Shown: piece after piece, positions 44,756 through 55,173 of the stretch
Numbering within the stretch: the stretch's first letter is position 1
Layout of the letters: each line of letters starts with the position of its first letter
Source of the DNA: an uncultured Bacteroidales bacterium
GTDB lineage: Bacteria > Bacteroidota > Bacteroidia > Bacteroidales > UBA1715
NCBI GenBank assembly: GCA_937892155.1
Contig: CALAUG010000021.1
Span: 13,653 to 77,652, forward strand
Length of the DNA stretch: 64,000 bases
Direction of reading: 5' to 3'
The notes under the pieces: model-generated
Databases searched by the model: none
What the model was told of the DNA's origin: nothing
Seen by the model: only the letters and a program-made list of their open reading frames with translations
Position numbers and translations under genes: made by a program

Positions 44756-46156
44756 TTATTTGCCCACGCAGAATTTACTAAAAATGTTGCCTAGCATTTC
44801 TTCTTCGTTGATCTCGCCAACAATGGAGCCAATGTAGAACAATACTTGCCTTAATTCAAGGCTTATTAAATCGTTGGTGAGACCGTTTTCAAATCCTTCG
44901 TTTATGTTGTGTAAAGATTCCAATGCTTTTTGCAGTGCTTCAAAATGACGTGCGTTTGTAACAATAGCATCGTCTTGGGAAATTTTTCCTGCATTTATGG
45001 CTGTTAGAAGTTTATCTATGAGTTCATCAATATTTGTTTGCTCTTTTGCTGAAATATATATCAGTGCGTCATTTTGGGATAATCCTTTGAAATCGTTTAC
45101 GTTATATTTAGACTGATAGTCTGGTGCGATATCTATTTTGTTGATTATCACAAAGATTGTTTTGTCGCCAGCGTGTCGCTTAACGGAAGAAATTGTTTCT
45201 TGTAAGGTTGCTGGATCTGCTGTTGCATCGGCCAAAACGAAAATAAACGAGGCTTTGTCTATATTTTCAAATGTCTTTTTTATGCCGATTTGTTCTATTT
45301 CGTTGTCGGTTTCACGGATTCCAGCAGTATCAATAAAACGGAATGAAACACCGCCAATTACAATCGTGTCTTCTATAACATCGCGTGTTGTTCCTGGAAT
45401 AGACGAAACAATTGCTTTATCTTCGTTTAAAATGGCGTTCAGCAAGGTTGATTTACCTACGTTAGGCTCACCGACGATACAAACAGGTACGCCTTGTTTT
45501 ATGGCGTTCCCAAGTTTGAATGAGTGTACGAGTTTCTCAACTCTATTCGTGAGGTCTGCACAGATGTTTGTCAGTTGCGTGCGGTCGGCAAATTCTAAAT
45601 CCTCTTCACTGAAATCAAGTTCCAATTCTAATAAAGATAAGAAGTTGAGTAGTATTTCCCGTAAGTCTTTTAACTCTTTCGCATAGCCACCTTTCATTTG
45701 CGACATTGCTAAATTGTGCGATGCGGCAGAACTGGATGCAATTAAGTCGGCTACGGCTTCAGCTTGTGAAAGATCTAATTTCTTGTTTAAAAATGCCCGT
45801 TGCGTAAATTCTCCCGGGTGAGCCAATCGTGCTCCATTTTTTATGAGTAGATTTAAAATCTCGTTTTGAATGTAGGTTGAGGCGTGACAGTTTATTTCTG
45901 CCGAATCTTCGCCAGTATATGAATTTGGAGCATTGAAAATAGATACCAAAACAGAATCTATTATATGGTTTCCGTCTTTTATTTCTCCGTATGTAAGCTT
46001 ATAACCAATATTTTGCCAATTGTCTGATTCTCTGTATGGCTTGAATATGCGAAGAATGATATTTTTTGTGTCTTCTCCGCTAATTCGTATAATGGAAATG
46101 GCACCCTTGCCTTGTGCGGTAGCAATGGCACAAATAGTATTTGATTCAACAATCAT
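44756..46156 (-). CDS. mnmE: tRNA uridine-5-carboxymethylaminomethyl modification GTPase MnmE
   Basis: G1 GEPNVGKSTLLN, G3 DTAGIR, G4 NKID, and C-terminal CVGK tetrapeptide. Confidence 0.95.
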   Translation of the reverse strand: MIVESNTICAIATAQGKGAISIIRISGEDTKNIILRIFKPYRESDNWQNIGYKLTYGEIKDGNHIIDSVLVSIFNAPNSYTGEDSAEINCHASTYIQNEILNLLIKNGARLAHPGEFTQRAFLNKKLDLSQAEAVADLIASSSAASHNLAMSQMKGGYAKELKDLREILLNFLSLLELELDFSEEDLEFADRTQLTNICADLTNRVEKLVHSFKLGNAIKQGVPVCIVGEPNVGKSTLLNAILNEDKAIVSSIPGTTRDVIEDTIVIGGVSFRFIDTAGIRETDNEIEQIGIKKTFENIDKASFIFVLADATADPATLQETISSVKRHAGDKTIFVIINKIDIAPDYQSKYNVNDFKGLSQNDALIYISAKEQTNIDELIDKLLTAINAGKISQDDAIVTNARHFEALQKALESLHNINEGFENGLTNDLISLELRQVLFYIGSIVGEINEEEMLGNIFSKFCVGK

Positions 46157-46824
46157 TTGTTGTTTTTTAATATTGGTACGTTAGTGTTGTCTAATTTTTC
46201 CTCAACAGGAGAGAAGGCGTTGTATGCAGCAAACAAACCAAATAAAACGATTAATATGCCGGCAATTTTGTTAATGTAAAATATGACACGCAGTCTAAAG
46301 TATTTTCTGAAGATATTGACAAATGTTGACAATACAAACCAAATACTGATTGCTCCACAAAAGATACCCGAAAGTAGGAGACCAAGTGACATGAAATTGT
46401 CTTGTACCATACCCAAACTGGCAAATACAATACCATAGAAAATTATAGTAATTGGATTAGTAATCGTCAATACAAACACAGAGAAAAAATCAGATATAAG
46501 ATTGGATTGCTTGTATTTGTATGCTCTTACTTGTTTAATCGTATTACGGAAAAACATTCGTAATCCGAGTGCAATTAGTATAAGTGCACCGACAAGCATA
46601 ATGTACAATCGTTGTTCTTGGAAGAAATCTGAAACCATGGTAAGACCAAACCCTGCAATACTTGCAAATAGAGTGTCGGCGCAGGCAGCACCTAAGCCAG
46701 ATATGAAACCTGAGAGTCTTCCTTGCTGTAAAGTTCTTTGAATACAAAGTACGCCAATTGGTCCCATTGGTATCGAGACAAATAGACCGATTAAAATACC
46801 TTGTATGAATAAGTTTGTCAGCAT
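46153..46824 (-). CDS. LysE/RhtB family amino-acid exporter
   Basis: 223 aa with six TM helices. N-terminal GILIGLFVSIPMGPIGVLCIQRTL is typical of the LysE family. ATGA overlap with mnmE. Confidence 0.82.
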   Translation of the reverse strand: MLTNLFIQGILIGLFVSIPMGPIGVLCIQRTLQQGRLSGFISGLGAACADTLFASIAGFGLTMVSDFFQEQRLYIMLVGALILIALGLRMFFRNTIKQVRAYKYKQSNLISDFFSVFVLTITNPITIIFYGIVFASLGMVQDNFMSLGLLLSGIFCGAISIWFVLSTFVNIFRKYFRLRVIFYINKIAGILIVLFGLFAAYNAFSPVEEKLDNTNVPILKNNK

Positions 46825-46863
46825 ATTCTTTTAAACACGCAATAATACGATTTTCTCTCTAAA

Positions 46864-47451
46864 TTAGTGTGCTGTTGATTTGTAAAAATTCATTTCGTCC
46901 AAATATTTCCATGCAGCCTGTGGCATAAATCCTTGTACGTTTTTTCCGTCTTTTATGCATTGCCGTATAAAACTTGAAGAAATTTCCATTAACGGGGCTT
47001 GTATGGCTCGTATGTTTTGTTTGTTTTGAAATTCCTCAGGAATGGAATAACCAGGGCGTTGGTACACATAAATAGTGTAATTTTCCATTATCTTTTGATA
47101 ATTTTTCCATTTGGAAAACGACTGTATGTTGTCGCCACCCATGATGAGTGAAAACGTATGCTGTGGATATTGTGCTTCTAAATGTGCCAGTGTATTAACG
47201 GTGTATGATGGTTGTGGTAATTTAAATTCCACAGACGATGCACGTAGGTGAGGAATGTCTTCTATTGCAAGTTCAACCATGTGAAGACGCTGATAATCAT
47301 CTAATAGCGTTTTTTTTTCTTTTAGCGGATTTTGTGGAGAAACCACAAACCAAAGTTCGTCAATAGGTGAGAATTCCAATAGGTAATTCGCAATCACCAA
47401 ATGACCAACATGTATTGGATTGAAAGAGCCGAAATAAAGTCCAATTTCCAT
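46864..47451 (-). CDS. nadD: nicotinate-nucleotide adenylyltransferase
   Basis: GSFNPIHVGHL (HxGH) and ISSSFIR motifs. Start trimmed to ATG 47451 (MEIGLYFG). Confidence 0.9.
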   Translation of the reverse strand: MEIGLYFGSFNPIHVGHLVIANYLLEFSPIDELWFVVSPQNPLKEKKTLLDDYQRLHMVELAIEDIPHLRASSVEFKLPQPSYTVNTLAHLEAQYPQHTFSLIMGGDNIQSFSKWKNYQKIMENYTIYVYQRPGYSIPEEFQNKQNIRAIQAPLMEISSSFIRQCIKDGKNVQGFMPQAAWKYLDEMNFYKSTAH

Positions 47452-47511
47452 AAGAAAAAAAATGCTGTCTATGAGTGTCATAAACAGCATTTGAGAATTT
47501 TAACAATATTT

Positions 47512-48291
47512 TTATTTTTCAGTTTCGCCTTCTGATGGGCAAACCATTTCTTTGTCAACTAAAATTCTACCGCAGTATTCGCATACGATGATTTTTTTCT
47601 GACCTTTAATGTCAAGCTGTCTTTGAGGTGGAATTTTATTGAAACATCCACCGCACGCATCACGTTCTACAGAAACCACAGCTAAACCGTTGTGTGCGTT
47701 CTTGCGCAAACGTCTGTATGCATCTAATAAACGGTCTTCAATAGTTGCTGATATTGCGTCTGCTTCTGCTTGAAGCTCGTCTTCCTCTTTTTGAGTCTCT
47801 TTAATGATGGTGTTTAATTCTGTTTGTTTTGCATCCAAATCAACTTTACGATCATCATGTTTAGCACGTGAATCTTCAAGTTGTTTCTTACGATTTTCAA
47901 CATCTAACGTATATTCTTTGATACGTTTCTCGTACAATTGTATGTTAAGATTCTGAAATTCGATTTCTTTGGCAATTGCTTCGTATTCACGGTTGTTACG
48001 AACTTCATTTTGTTGTTCTTCGTAACGTTTTACCAACGCTTGAGCATCTTTAATTTCTTCTTTCTTTGTCTTGATGTCATTCTCTTTTTGAGCAATTTCA
48101 TCTTCTATTTTTGAAATACGCGTCTCTAAACCAGCCAATTCGTCTTCCAAATCTTTTACTTCCAGTGGAAGTTCACCACGAAGACGGTAGATTTCGTCAA
48201 TTTTAGAATTTGCTACCTGAAGTTTATACAACGCTGTAAGTTTTTCTTTTACAGTTTGTTGTGAAGCAAGGTCTTTTGTATTTTTTGCCAT
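47512..48291 (-). CDS. coiled-coil/C4 zinc-ribbon protein (COG1579, DUF164 family)
   Basis: Long coiled coil followed by CGGC...CEYCGRIL. Conserved position next to the Nif3-like gene. Confidence 0.8.
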   Translation of the reverse strand: MAKNTKDLASQQTVKEKLTALYKLQVANSKIDEIYRLRGELPLEVKDLEDELAGLETRISKIEDEIAQKENDIKTKKEEIKDAQALVKRYEEQQNEVRNNREYEAIAKEIEFQNLNIQLYEKRIKEYTLDVENRKKQLEDSRAKHDDRKVDLDAKQTELNTIIKETQKEEDELQAEADAISATIEDRLLDAYRRLRKNAHNGLAVVSVERDACGGCFNKIPPQRQLDIKGQKKIIVCEYCGRILVDKEMVCPSEGETEK

Positions 48292-48292
48292 T

Positions 48293-49075
48293 TTATAAAT
48301 AGTTTATCGGGTTCGTATTAACCTTTGAAATTTGGATTGCAAAGTTATAAAATTTTTTTATTAATAATTCATAAAAAAGTTCTTTTGTGAATTGTTCTGA
48401 TTCATAATGTCCGATGTCGGCAATAATAATTTTGTTTTCAGCTAAAAAGAAATCGTGATATTTTATGTCTGCCGATATGAAAATATCTGCTCCGGCGGCA
48501 ATGGCGTCGTGAATGAGAAAACTTCCTGCACCGCCACAAACGGCAACTTTTTGTATGTCCTTTTTGCAGAGGTTTGTGTGGCGTATAGTACCGCAATGAA
48601 ACGTGTTTTTTATTCTCTCTAAAAATTTTTCTGTGTTTTCAGCTTGTGGCAGTTCCCCAATCATACCGTCTCCGTATGGTTGCTCCTGATTTTGTGGAAC
48701 TAAAAATTTGCAGTTTTGTAATCTAATCTTAGAACAGATTTTTCCATTTACGCCATTCATAACACTGTCCATATTGGTGTGGCTGGCATATATGGAAATG
48801 TCGTGCTTGATTGCCATTGAAAGACATTTTTCCGTGTCGCCGTCGTTGTTGAATTTTTTTAACGGGTGAAAAATAAATGGATGGTGGGCTATAATTAAGT
48901 TTGCATAGCAGTCAATAGCTTCCTGTACAACTTCGGGAGTAACATCAAGTGTGATTAGGACTTTGTTAACTTGACTGTACGGACTTCCGACGAGTAATCC
49001 TGCATTGTCGTAGTCTGCTTGGTAGGCAAGAGGTGCCATTTCTTCAAGAACAGAAGAGAAATCTTGTACTATCAT
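48293..49075 (-). CDS. Nif3-like dinuclear metal center protein (GTP cyclohydrolase 1 type 2 homolog)
   Basis: IIAHHPFIF, YASHTNMD and CGGAGS motifs. 260 aa. Confidence 0.87.
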   Translation of the reverse strand: MIVQDFSSVLEEMAPLAYQADYDNAGLLVGSPYSQVNKVLITLDVTPEVVQEAIDCYANLIIAHHPFIFHPLKKFNNDGDTEKCLSMAIKHDISIYASHTNMDSVMNGVNGKICSKIRLQNCKFLVPQNQEQPYGDGMIGELPQAENTEKFLERIKNTFHCGTIRHTNLCKKDIQKVAVCGGAGSFLIHDAIAAGADIFISADIKYHDFFLAENKIIIADIGHYESEQFTKELFYELLIKKFYNFAIQISKVNTNPINYL

Positions 49076-49135
49076 TGCTCAAATTTTCTCCAAATGTATG
49101 AAATTCATTATTTTTGCCGTATATATTTCTCAAAT

Positions 49136-49315
49136 ATGGAAAAGAAATTAAAAAGATCATCTGATAGAAGAATTGCTGGCGTTGCTGCTGGTGTGGCTGA
49201 ATATTTTGAATTAGATCCCAGTTTGGTTCGTATTATTTGGGTTTGTTCGGTCTTTGCTGCTGGATTTAGCATTTTGGTGTACATAATTTGTTGGCTTGTA
49301 ATGCCGAAAGCATAA
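49136..49315 (+). CDS. stand-alone PspC-domain membrane protein (59 aa)
   Basis: LKRSSDRRIAGVAAGVAEYFELDPSLVRIIWV plus one TM helix is the PspC domain signature. Start trimmed to ATG 49136. Confidence 0.8.
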   Translation: MEKKLKRSSDRRIAGVAAGVAEYFELDPSLVRIIWVCSVFAAGFSILVYIICWLVMPKA

Positions 49316-49318
49316 GAT

Positions 49319-50566
49319 ATGGAAGTTTCTTTGTTGAGTATTGGAGATGAATTGCTGATAGGAAAAACTATCAACACAAATGCATCTTGGTTGGGCGGGA
49401 AGCTTTCTGCGTTAGGGTTCAATATTCATTGTGTTGAAACTATTTCCGACAATCGCGAGCAGATTCTTTCTTCTCTTGCACGTTTGATGTCTGAAAGTAA
49501 TGCCGTTGTCATTACTGGTGGTTTGGGGCCTACGAATGACGATATTACCAAACACGTGTTGTGCGAATTTTTTGAGACAGAGTTGGAGTTTAATCAACAG
49601 GCATACGATGGAATGGCTCGTTATGTCCTTGCGCGTAATCAAGATATTAATGAGAAAAATATGACTCAGGCGCAGTTTCCGAAAAAGGCACGTTTTGTTC
49701 CAAATCCGTGTGGCACAGCGTCTGGTATGTGGTTTGAGAAAAATGGAGTTGTTGTTGTATCCTTGCCTGGTGTTCCAAGGGAGATGAAGGCTATCATGTC
49801 TGAATCGGTGTTGCCATGGTTCAAGAAGCGGTTCGAGTTGCCGTCCATTTATCATCGCCACGTTCTGGTGTCAAATATCGCAGAGTCAAAATTGGCAGAA
49901 ACTATTGCCGATTGGGAGTCGCAGTTGCCACCGCAAATACATTTGGCTTATTTGCCAGCCCCGGGGATTGTTAAATTGCGGATGTCGTGTGTTGCAGAAA
50001 ATGAGGAGATTGCACGAAAACTTGTTGCTGATGAAGAACAAAAACTAACTCAAATAATAGGGGAGTACATTTGGGGATATGATGACGAAACTATAGAAGG
50101 AAATGTAGGGGCTTTGCTTTTGCAATACGGAGAAACCGTCGCAACGGCCGAAAGTTGCACAGGTGGAAATATTTCACGGATGATTACAAGCATTTCTGGT
50201 AGCTCTGCGTATTATTGGGGGAGTGTTGTGTCGTATGATAATTCTGTGAAAATTAATGAATTAAACGTTTCTGCAAACGATATTGAACAATATGGGGTTG
50301 TGAGCGAACAGGTTGTGAAAACGATGGCGTCGGAAGTGCGAAAGAAAATCGGTACAACGTATGGTGTTGCAACGTCGGGCGTAGCCGGACCAACAGGTGG
50401 CTCGCAGGAAAAACCAGTCGGTACCGTTTGGATTGCTGTTGCTTCGAAATGCAATAATATTGCACAGAAATATACATTTGGTACGGAACGCGATACAAAT
50501 ATTGAAAAAGCAAGTGTTGCAGCTTTACGAATGTTGCAGCAATTAATTCAACTCGAACACAAATAA
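49319..50566 (+). CDS. cinA: CinA family protein (competence/damage-inducible; NMN amidohydrolase PncC-type C-terminal domain)
   Basis: N-terminal MoCF-like LSIGDELLIGKTINTN..., C-terminal TAESCTGG...SGVAGP. 415 aa. Confidence 0.9.
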   Translation: MEVSLLSIGDELLIGKTINTNASWLGGKLSALGFNIHCVETISDNREQILSSLARLMSESNAVVITGGLGPTNDDITKHVLCEFFETELEFNQQAYDGMARYVLARNQDINEKNMTQAQFPKKARFVPNPCGTASGMWFEKNGVVVVSLPGVPREMKAIMSESVLPWFKKRFELPSIYHRHVLVSNIAESKLAETIADWESQLPPQIHLAYLPAPGIVKLRMSCVAENEEIARKLVADEEQKLTQIIGEYIWGYDDETIEGNVGALLLQYGETVATAESCTGGNISRMITSISGSSAYYWGSVVSYDNSVKINELNVSANDIEQYGVVSEQVVKTMASEVRKKIGTTYGVATSGVAGPTGGSQEKPVGTVWIAVASKCNNIAQKYTFGTERDTNIEKASVAALRMLQQLIQLEHK

Positions 50567-51042
50567 TGAGCGATAAGAAGAAGATATTGTTTGTCTGCAT
50601 GGGAAATATTTGTCGTTCTCCTATGGCCGATACCATAATGAATAAATTGATTTCGGACAAAGGCTTAATAGATAAGTATGAAGTTGATTCTGCGGGTGTT
50701 TTGGATTATCACGAAGGCGAAAGGGCTGACTATAGAATGCGGTGCCATGCAAACTTTCGTGGGTACGAGATAACGCATATTTCCCGTCCTGTCACTCGCC
50801 GTGATTTTGACTACTTCGACTTCGTGTTTGCAATGGACGAACAAAATGTTCGTGATTTGGAATACGTTGCACAAACCGATGAACGTAAAGCTAAAATCCG
50901 CCGCTTGGTTGACTATTGTAGGGATTTTAATCGCCCAACCATTCCCGATCCATATTATGGCGGAGATAGTGGGTTCACCTTGGTTATAGATATGTTGGAA
51001 GTTGCATGTGCAAATTTGTTGCATGAATTAGAAGCGGAATAA
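50566..51042 (+). CDS. low-molecular-weight protein-tyrosine phosphatase
   Basis: P-loop CMGNICRSP and the DPYY general acid region. 158 aa. Start overlaps the cinA stop (TAATG). Confidence 0.9.
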   Translation: MSDKKKILFVCMGNICRSPMADTIMNKLISDKGLIDKYEVDSAGVLDYHEGERADYRMRCHANFRGYEITHISRPVTRRDFDYFDFVFAMDEQNVRDLEYVAQTDERKAKIRRLVDYCRDFNRPTIPDPYYGGDSGFTLVIDMLEVACANLLHELEAE

Positions 51043-51046
51043 AATA

Positions 51047-51991
51047 ATGGAGAAGTTACCAATATTGCCAATAATCATCGGACCGACTGCAACGGGAAAA
51101 ACCCGTCTTGCAGCGTTGGTTGCTGCTGAATTTAATGGTGAAATATTGTGTGCTGATTCTCGTCAGGTGTACCGAAATATGGATTTAGGTACTGGTAAGG
51201 ATTATAGCGATTACGTTGTAGAGGGGAAAATTGTTCCGTACCATTTGATGGATATCGTTGATGCGGGGGAAAAGTTTAATTTGTTCAAATTCTACGAAGC
51301 TTTTCAGTCTGCCTACGATTTAATCGTTGCTCGTGGAAAACAACCGTTGGTATGTGGTGGAACGGGTATGTACGTAGAATCTATAATCAAGGATTACAAT
51401 ATGCATCCGGTTCCCGAAGATGCTGAATTTCGTAAATCGTGCGAATTGCGGGATTTTGATGACTTGGTAGAGGAATTGAAAGGGTATAAAACTCTTCATA
51501 ATACGACGGACATTGATTCAAAAAAACGTCTTGTCCGGGCTTTGGAAATTGCTCGTTATGAAGCATCTCATCCGGTAGAATTACAGGAACACGTGCGTAA
51601 ATATGAACCCTTCACTATTGGTGTTTCAGTGTCTCGTGATGTCCGTCGCGAAAGAATCACGATGCGTTTTCAAAAACGATTGGCAGACGGAATGACAGGT
51701 GAGGTGGAACAACTTTTACAAGCGGGTGTTCCAGCGGAAACGCTTATTTACTACGGTTTGGAATATAAATATCTAACTTTGTATGTGACGGGGCAGATTT
51801 CCAAAACAGAAATGGAGGACCAGTTACTTACGGCAATATGTCAGTTCGCAAAACGTCAAATGACGTGGTTTAGAGGTATGGAACGCCGTGGAATAACAAT
51901 ACATTGGATTGATGGTGAATTGCCAATGGAAGAACGGAAAAATGCCGTGCTTGATTTGCTGCGGAAACAAGGAATAATCCACAATGCATAA
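51047..51991 (+). CDS. miaA: tRNA dimethylallyltransferase
   Basis: P-loop GPTATGKT, DSRQVYR and the QMTWFR motif. Confidence 0.93.
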   Translation: MEKLPILPIIIGPTATGKTRLAALVAAEFNGEILCADSRQVYRNMDLGTGKDYSDYVVEGKIVPYHLMDIVDAGEKFNLFKFYEAFQSAYDLIVARGKQPLVCGGTGMYVESIIKDYNMHPVPEDAEFRKSCELRDFDDLVEELKGYKTLHNTTDIDSKKRLVRALEIARYEASHPVELQEHVRKYEPFTIGVSVSRDVRRERITMRFQKRLADGMTGEVEQLLQAGVPAETLIYYGLEYKYLTLYVTGQISKTEMEDQLLTAICQFAKRQMTWFRGMERRGITIHWIDGELPMEERKNAVLDLLRKQGIIHNA

Positions 51992-52024
51992 AAAGGAGCA
52001 TCGCTTCGTATTTTTCTTTAATCT

Positions 52025-52594
52025 CTATTTTAGTTGTCTTACTAGTTTGTGCACCTTGGTTGTTGTTACCCGTTCTTTTTTGCGTGTGAATTCGTCGGGA
52101 GTAGTGCTTGTAGTATGGTGAAAATTTGCGGCGATATAATTTCCCTTGCTGTTGAAAGTTTGCAGATAAAATTGAATAATCTCGACATTGGCTTTTCGTA
52201 GGCTTTCCATGTTTCCTGCGGTAAGTACGTATGTCGCTGCGGCGCGTCCGTCAATGAAATCATTTATGCCATTGTCTTTGCAAATGATAGTGTCGCCATT
52301 TGCTAATTCAAGCGCTATATCGCCGGAAATGCCACATTTGTGGAAGTAATCGCATAAATCTTTATCAGCTGGTAAATCAATGGAAATTTCTATAAATCCA
52401 GTCGTGCCGTTTTTGGCTATTGCTATTTTTATGTCCTTGTCAGGAAATAATCGTTCGTCGCCATACGATACGTATGATGTGAAAACACAAGAAACGGCAG
52501 GATAGGTTTTTCCTTTAACTGTTAATGTTTCCTTTTGGGCGAACGAAAATGTATATACGATACTAAATATAAGTATGGTAAGTATTCGTTTCAT
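52025..52594 (-). CDS. hypothetical secreted protein
   Basis: Track start is TTG 52627; ATG 52594 gives MKRILTILIFSIVYTFSFAQ, a signal peptide. No domain recognised. Confidence 0.5.
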   Translation of the reverse strand: MKRILTILIFSIVYTFSFAQKETLTVKGKTYPAVSCVFTSYVSYGDERLFPDKDIKIAIAKNGTTGFIEISIDLPADKDLCDYFHKCGISGDIALELANGDTIICKDNGINDFIDGRAAATYVLTAGNMESLRKANVEIIQFYLQTFNSKGNYIAANFHHTTSTTPDEFTRKKERVTTTKVHKLVRQLK

Positions 52595-52752
52595 TGATTC
52601 TTTGTTCTTGTTTTTTTCGCTTGGCAAAAATATGAAATTTTGAGTGAAAGATGTAAATCGTATGTTTTTTTAGAAACAAAATGCATATAGTCGTTGGAAA
52701 TAGAAAAACGTGCATAATTTGTCGTACTTTTGAATAATTAAAATCTAACAAA

Positions 52753-53694
52753 ATGAAAATTTTATTGACGGGTGGAACAGGATTTATAGGTTCTCATGTA
52801 TTGATGGAATTGTTAAGGCTGGGACACTCTGTGACAGTGCTTGCGCGTAATACAGACAAGGTTCCGGCATTCAAAACAATGAAAAACGTTATAATGTATC
52901 AGGCTGGTATGAATGAATACGATAAAATATCGGCTGCTGTAGCTGGTCAGGATGCAGTGGTGCACGTTGCGTTGAGCATGGTTGGCTCTAATGCCTATGA
53001 TGTGCTGATGAGCGACACTGCGGCAACGGTCTTTCTTGCCACGGAAGCTGCGAAAGCGGGGGTTAAGTCATTCGTGTACACATCGTCAACAGCTTCGGTC
53101 GATTCTGTGTATGCTTCGCCAAATCCTGTCTGTATAAAACCTGGCGATACGTCTGTAACCATAGATTGCCGACACGATCCGTGCTCTTTTTATGGAGCGA
53201 CGAAGGCTGCTTCGGAAGATTTTTTATTTGCGATATCGGGCGAAACGGGTATGAGAGTTTCCATTATCCGTCCTGGATATACGTTTGGTAATCCTGTCGT
53301 TCCTGGCGCTTATATTCAACCAGATACTCGCTTTTCTGATATTGTCAAATGTGCTTTGGCAAATCAGGATATCAATGTCGTGAAAAATGACGGAACGCAG
53401 TTTATATGGGCTGACGATATAGCAAAAGTTTATGCAAGTATTTTGCAATGCAAGGAGTCAAAAAAAACGTATTTTGCTCTGTCAAAGGAATTTGTAACGT
53501 GGGAACGTATTGCGAATGATGCAGTAAAATTATGTAATTCATCGTCTAAAATTATTGTCGAGGATTTAGGGTGGAGCAACACTCCATTGCTGTTTGATGT
53601 GTCAAATATCAAAGAGGATTTTGGATATGAATTTTCTCCATATCCACATATTATATCACATTTAACGCATCTCATGGAAACATTTTCCCGTTGA
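52753..53694 (+). CDS. NAD-dependent epimerase/dehydratase family (extended SDR) protein
   Basis: GGTGFIGSH Rossmann motif and YGATKAASE (YxxxK). Confidence 0.85.
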   Translation: MKILLTGGTGFIGSHVLMELLRLGHSVTVLARNTDKVPAFKTMKNVIMYQAGMNEYDKISAAVAGQDAVVHVALSMVGSNAYDVLMSDTAATVFLATEAAKAGVKSFVYTSSTASVDSVYASPNPVCIKPGDTSVTIDCRHDPCSFYGATKAASEDFLFAISGETGMRVSIIRPGYTFGNPVVPGAYIQPDTRFSDIVKCALANQDINVVKNDGTQFIWADDIAKVYASILQCKESKKTYFALSKEFVTWERIANDAVKLCNSSSKIIVEDLGWSNTPLLFDVSNIKEDFGYEFSPYPHIISHLTHLMETFSR

Positions 53695-53782
53695 GTTGTT
53701 AATACAAACATTTTGGAGATAACTAGTACATTGTTTCCTATTTTTTTGTATTTTTATGAAATTCTTTTGAAAAAGTAAAATT

Positions 53783-55120
53783 ATGGCAGAAAAGAAACCT
53801 AAAATTTTTGTGTTGGATACCAATGTTATCCTGCATAACAATAGAGCAATATATGCGTTCCAAGAAAACGATATCGTAATTCCAATAACTGTGTTGGAAG
53901 AATTGGATAAATTTAAAAAAGGTGAGGATGATTTGAGTTGGAACTCTCGTCAATTTGCCCGTGAACTTGATGCGTTAATGGGGGATTCGATTCCTTCAGA
54001 TGGCATTTCGTTGGGAAAACATTTTGGAAAACTCTACGTTAAGTCTCATTCTCCATATCCTGAAATTGTTAAAAATGCCTTTGTGGAGCAGATACCTGAT
54101 CATAGGATTTTGGCAACGGCACTGATTGTTAAGAACGAAAATCCTGATAGACAGGTCATTATGGTGACAAAGGATATCAATATGCGTATGAAGGCTAAGT
54201 CTATAGGTTTGGTTGCTCAGGATTTTGAGAGTGATAAAATTCGTGATTTGGACCGAATAGAGGAAGGTATCCGTATATATGACAATATTCCAGTGGAATA
54301 TATTAATAGGTTGTATGCAAAAAATACGACTGATAACGTCGTGACGCCGGAAGAACTTGGTATTACGAAACCAGAATCGCATGATTATTTCGTGCTTGAA
54401 AATGGCAATACTTCAGTCATGGCATATTACAATCCTATGACAAACAAAATATCCCGGGTGAATAAATATCGCGTAATGGGTATTGAACCAAGGAATTCGG
54501 AACAGTCCTTTGCAATGCATGCGTTGTTGAACGATGATGTGAAGTTGATGGCATTGACAGGAACTGCAGGTACAGGAAAAACCTTGCTTGCGTTGGCAGC
54601 TGCGTTGGAACAGCACGAGAATTATGACCAAATATTATTGGCACGTCCGATAGTGGCACTTGGTAATAGAGATTTGGGATATTTGCCGGGTGGTGAAAAA
54701 GAAAAAATAAAACCATATATGCTGCCTTTGTTTGACAATTTGCAGGTTATTAAACAGAATCTTCGTAATAATGGCGCAAAAGTCAATATGATAGATGGTA
54801 TGCTTGCGGATGGTTCGCTGGAAATTTCACCGTTGGCATATATTCGTGGACGATCGTTATCTCACGTGTTCTTTATTATTGACGAAGCGCAGAATTTAAC
54901 TCCTCACGAGGTAAAAACTATTATCACGAGGGCAGGTGAAGGTACCAAAATTGTGTTTACGGGCGATGTTCAGCAAATAGATTCTCCATATTTGGATGCA
55001 TTTTCAAATGGTTTGTCGCATCTGAGTACAAAAATGGACGGACAAAAAATCTTTGCCCACATGAATTTGGTCAAAGGTGAGAGAAGTGAATTGGCAGAGT
55101 TAGCAAGTAAGTTGCTGTAA
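53783..55120 (+). CDS. PIN-domain/PhoH-like ATPase (YlaK-type)
   Basis: N-terminal PIN (VLDTNVILHN), Walker A GTAGTGKT, and DEAQN. Confidence 0.9.
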   Translation: MAEKKPKIFVLDTNVILHNNRAIYAFQENDIVIPITVLEELDKFKKGEDDLSWNSRQFARELDALMGDSIPSDGISLGKHFGKLYVKSHSPYPEIVKNAFVEQIPDHRILATALIVKNENPDRQVIMVTKDINMRMKAKSIGLVAQDFESDKIRDLDRIEEGIRIYDNIPVEYINRLYAKNTTDNVVTPEELGITKPESHDYFVLENGNTSVMAYYNPMTNKISRVNKYRVMGIEPRNSEQSFAMHALLNDDVKLMALTGTAGTGKTLLALAAALEQHENYDQILLARPIVALGNRDLGYLPGGEKEKIKPYMLPLFDNLQVIKQNLRNNGAKVNMIDGMLADGSLEISPLAYIRGRSLSHVFFIIDEAQNLTPHEVKTIITRAGEGTKIVFTGDVQQIDSPYLDAFSNGLSHLSTKMDGQKIFAHMNLVKGERSELAELASKLL

Positions 55121-55173
55121 AAGAATCAAAAATGGATTTGTTTGTCCTGATTCTTGATTCCTGATTCCAAATA

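Noticed and set aside
55121-55155. Inverted repeat AAGAATCA...TGATTCTT between the PhoH-like and RecD-like genes as a terminator
   Set aside because: Only 8 bp of mostly A/T pairs with a 19-nt loop and no clear U-tract. Too weak to call.
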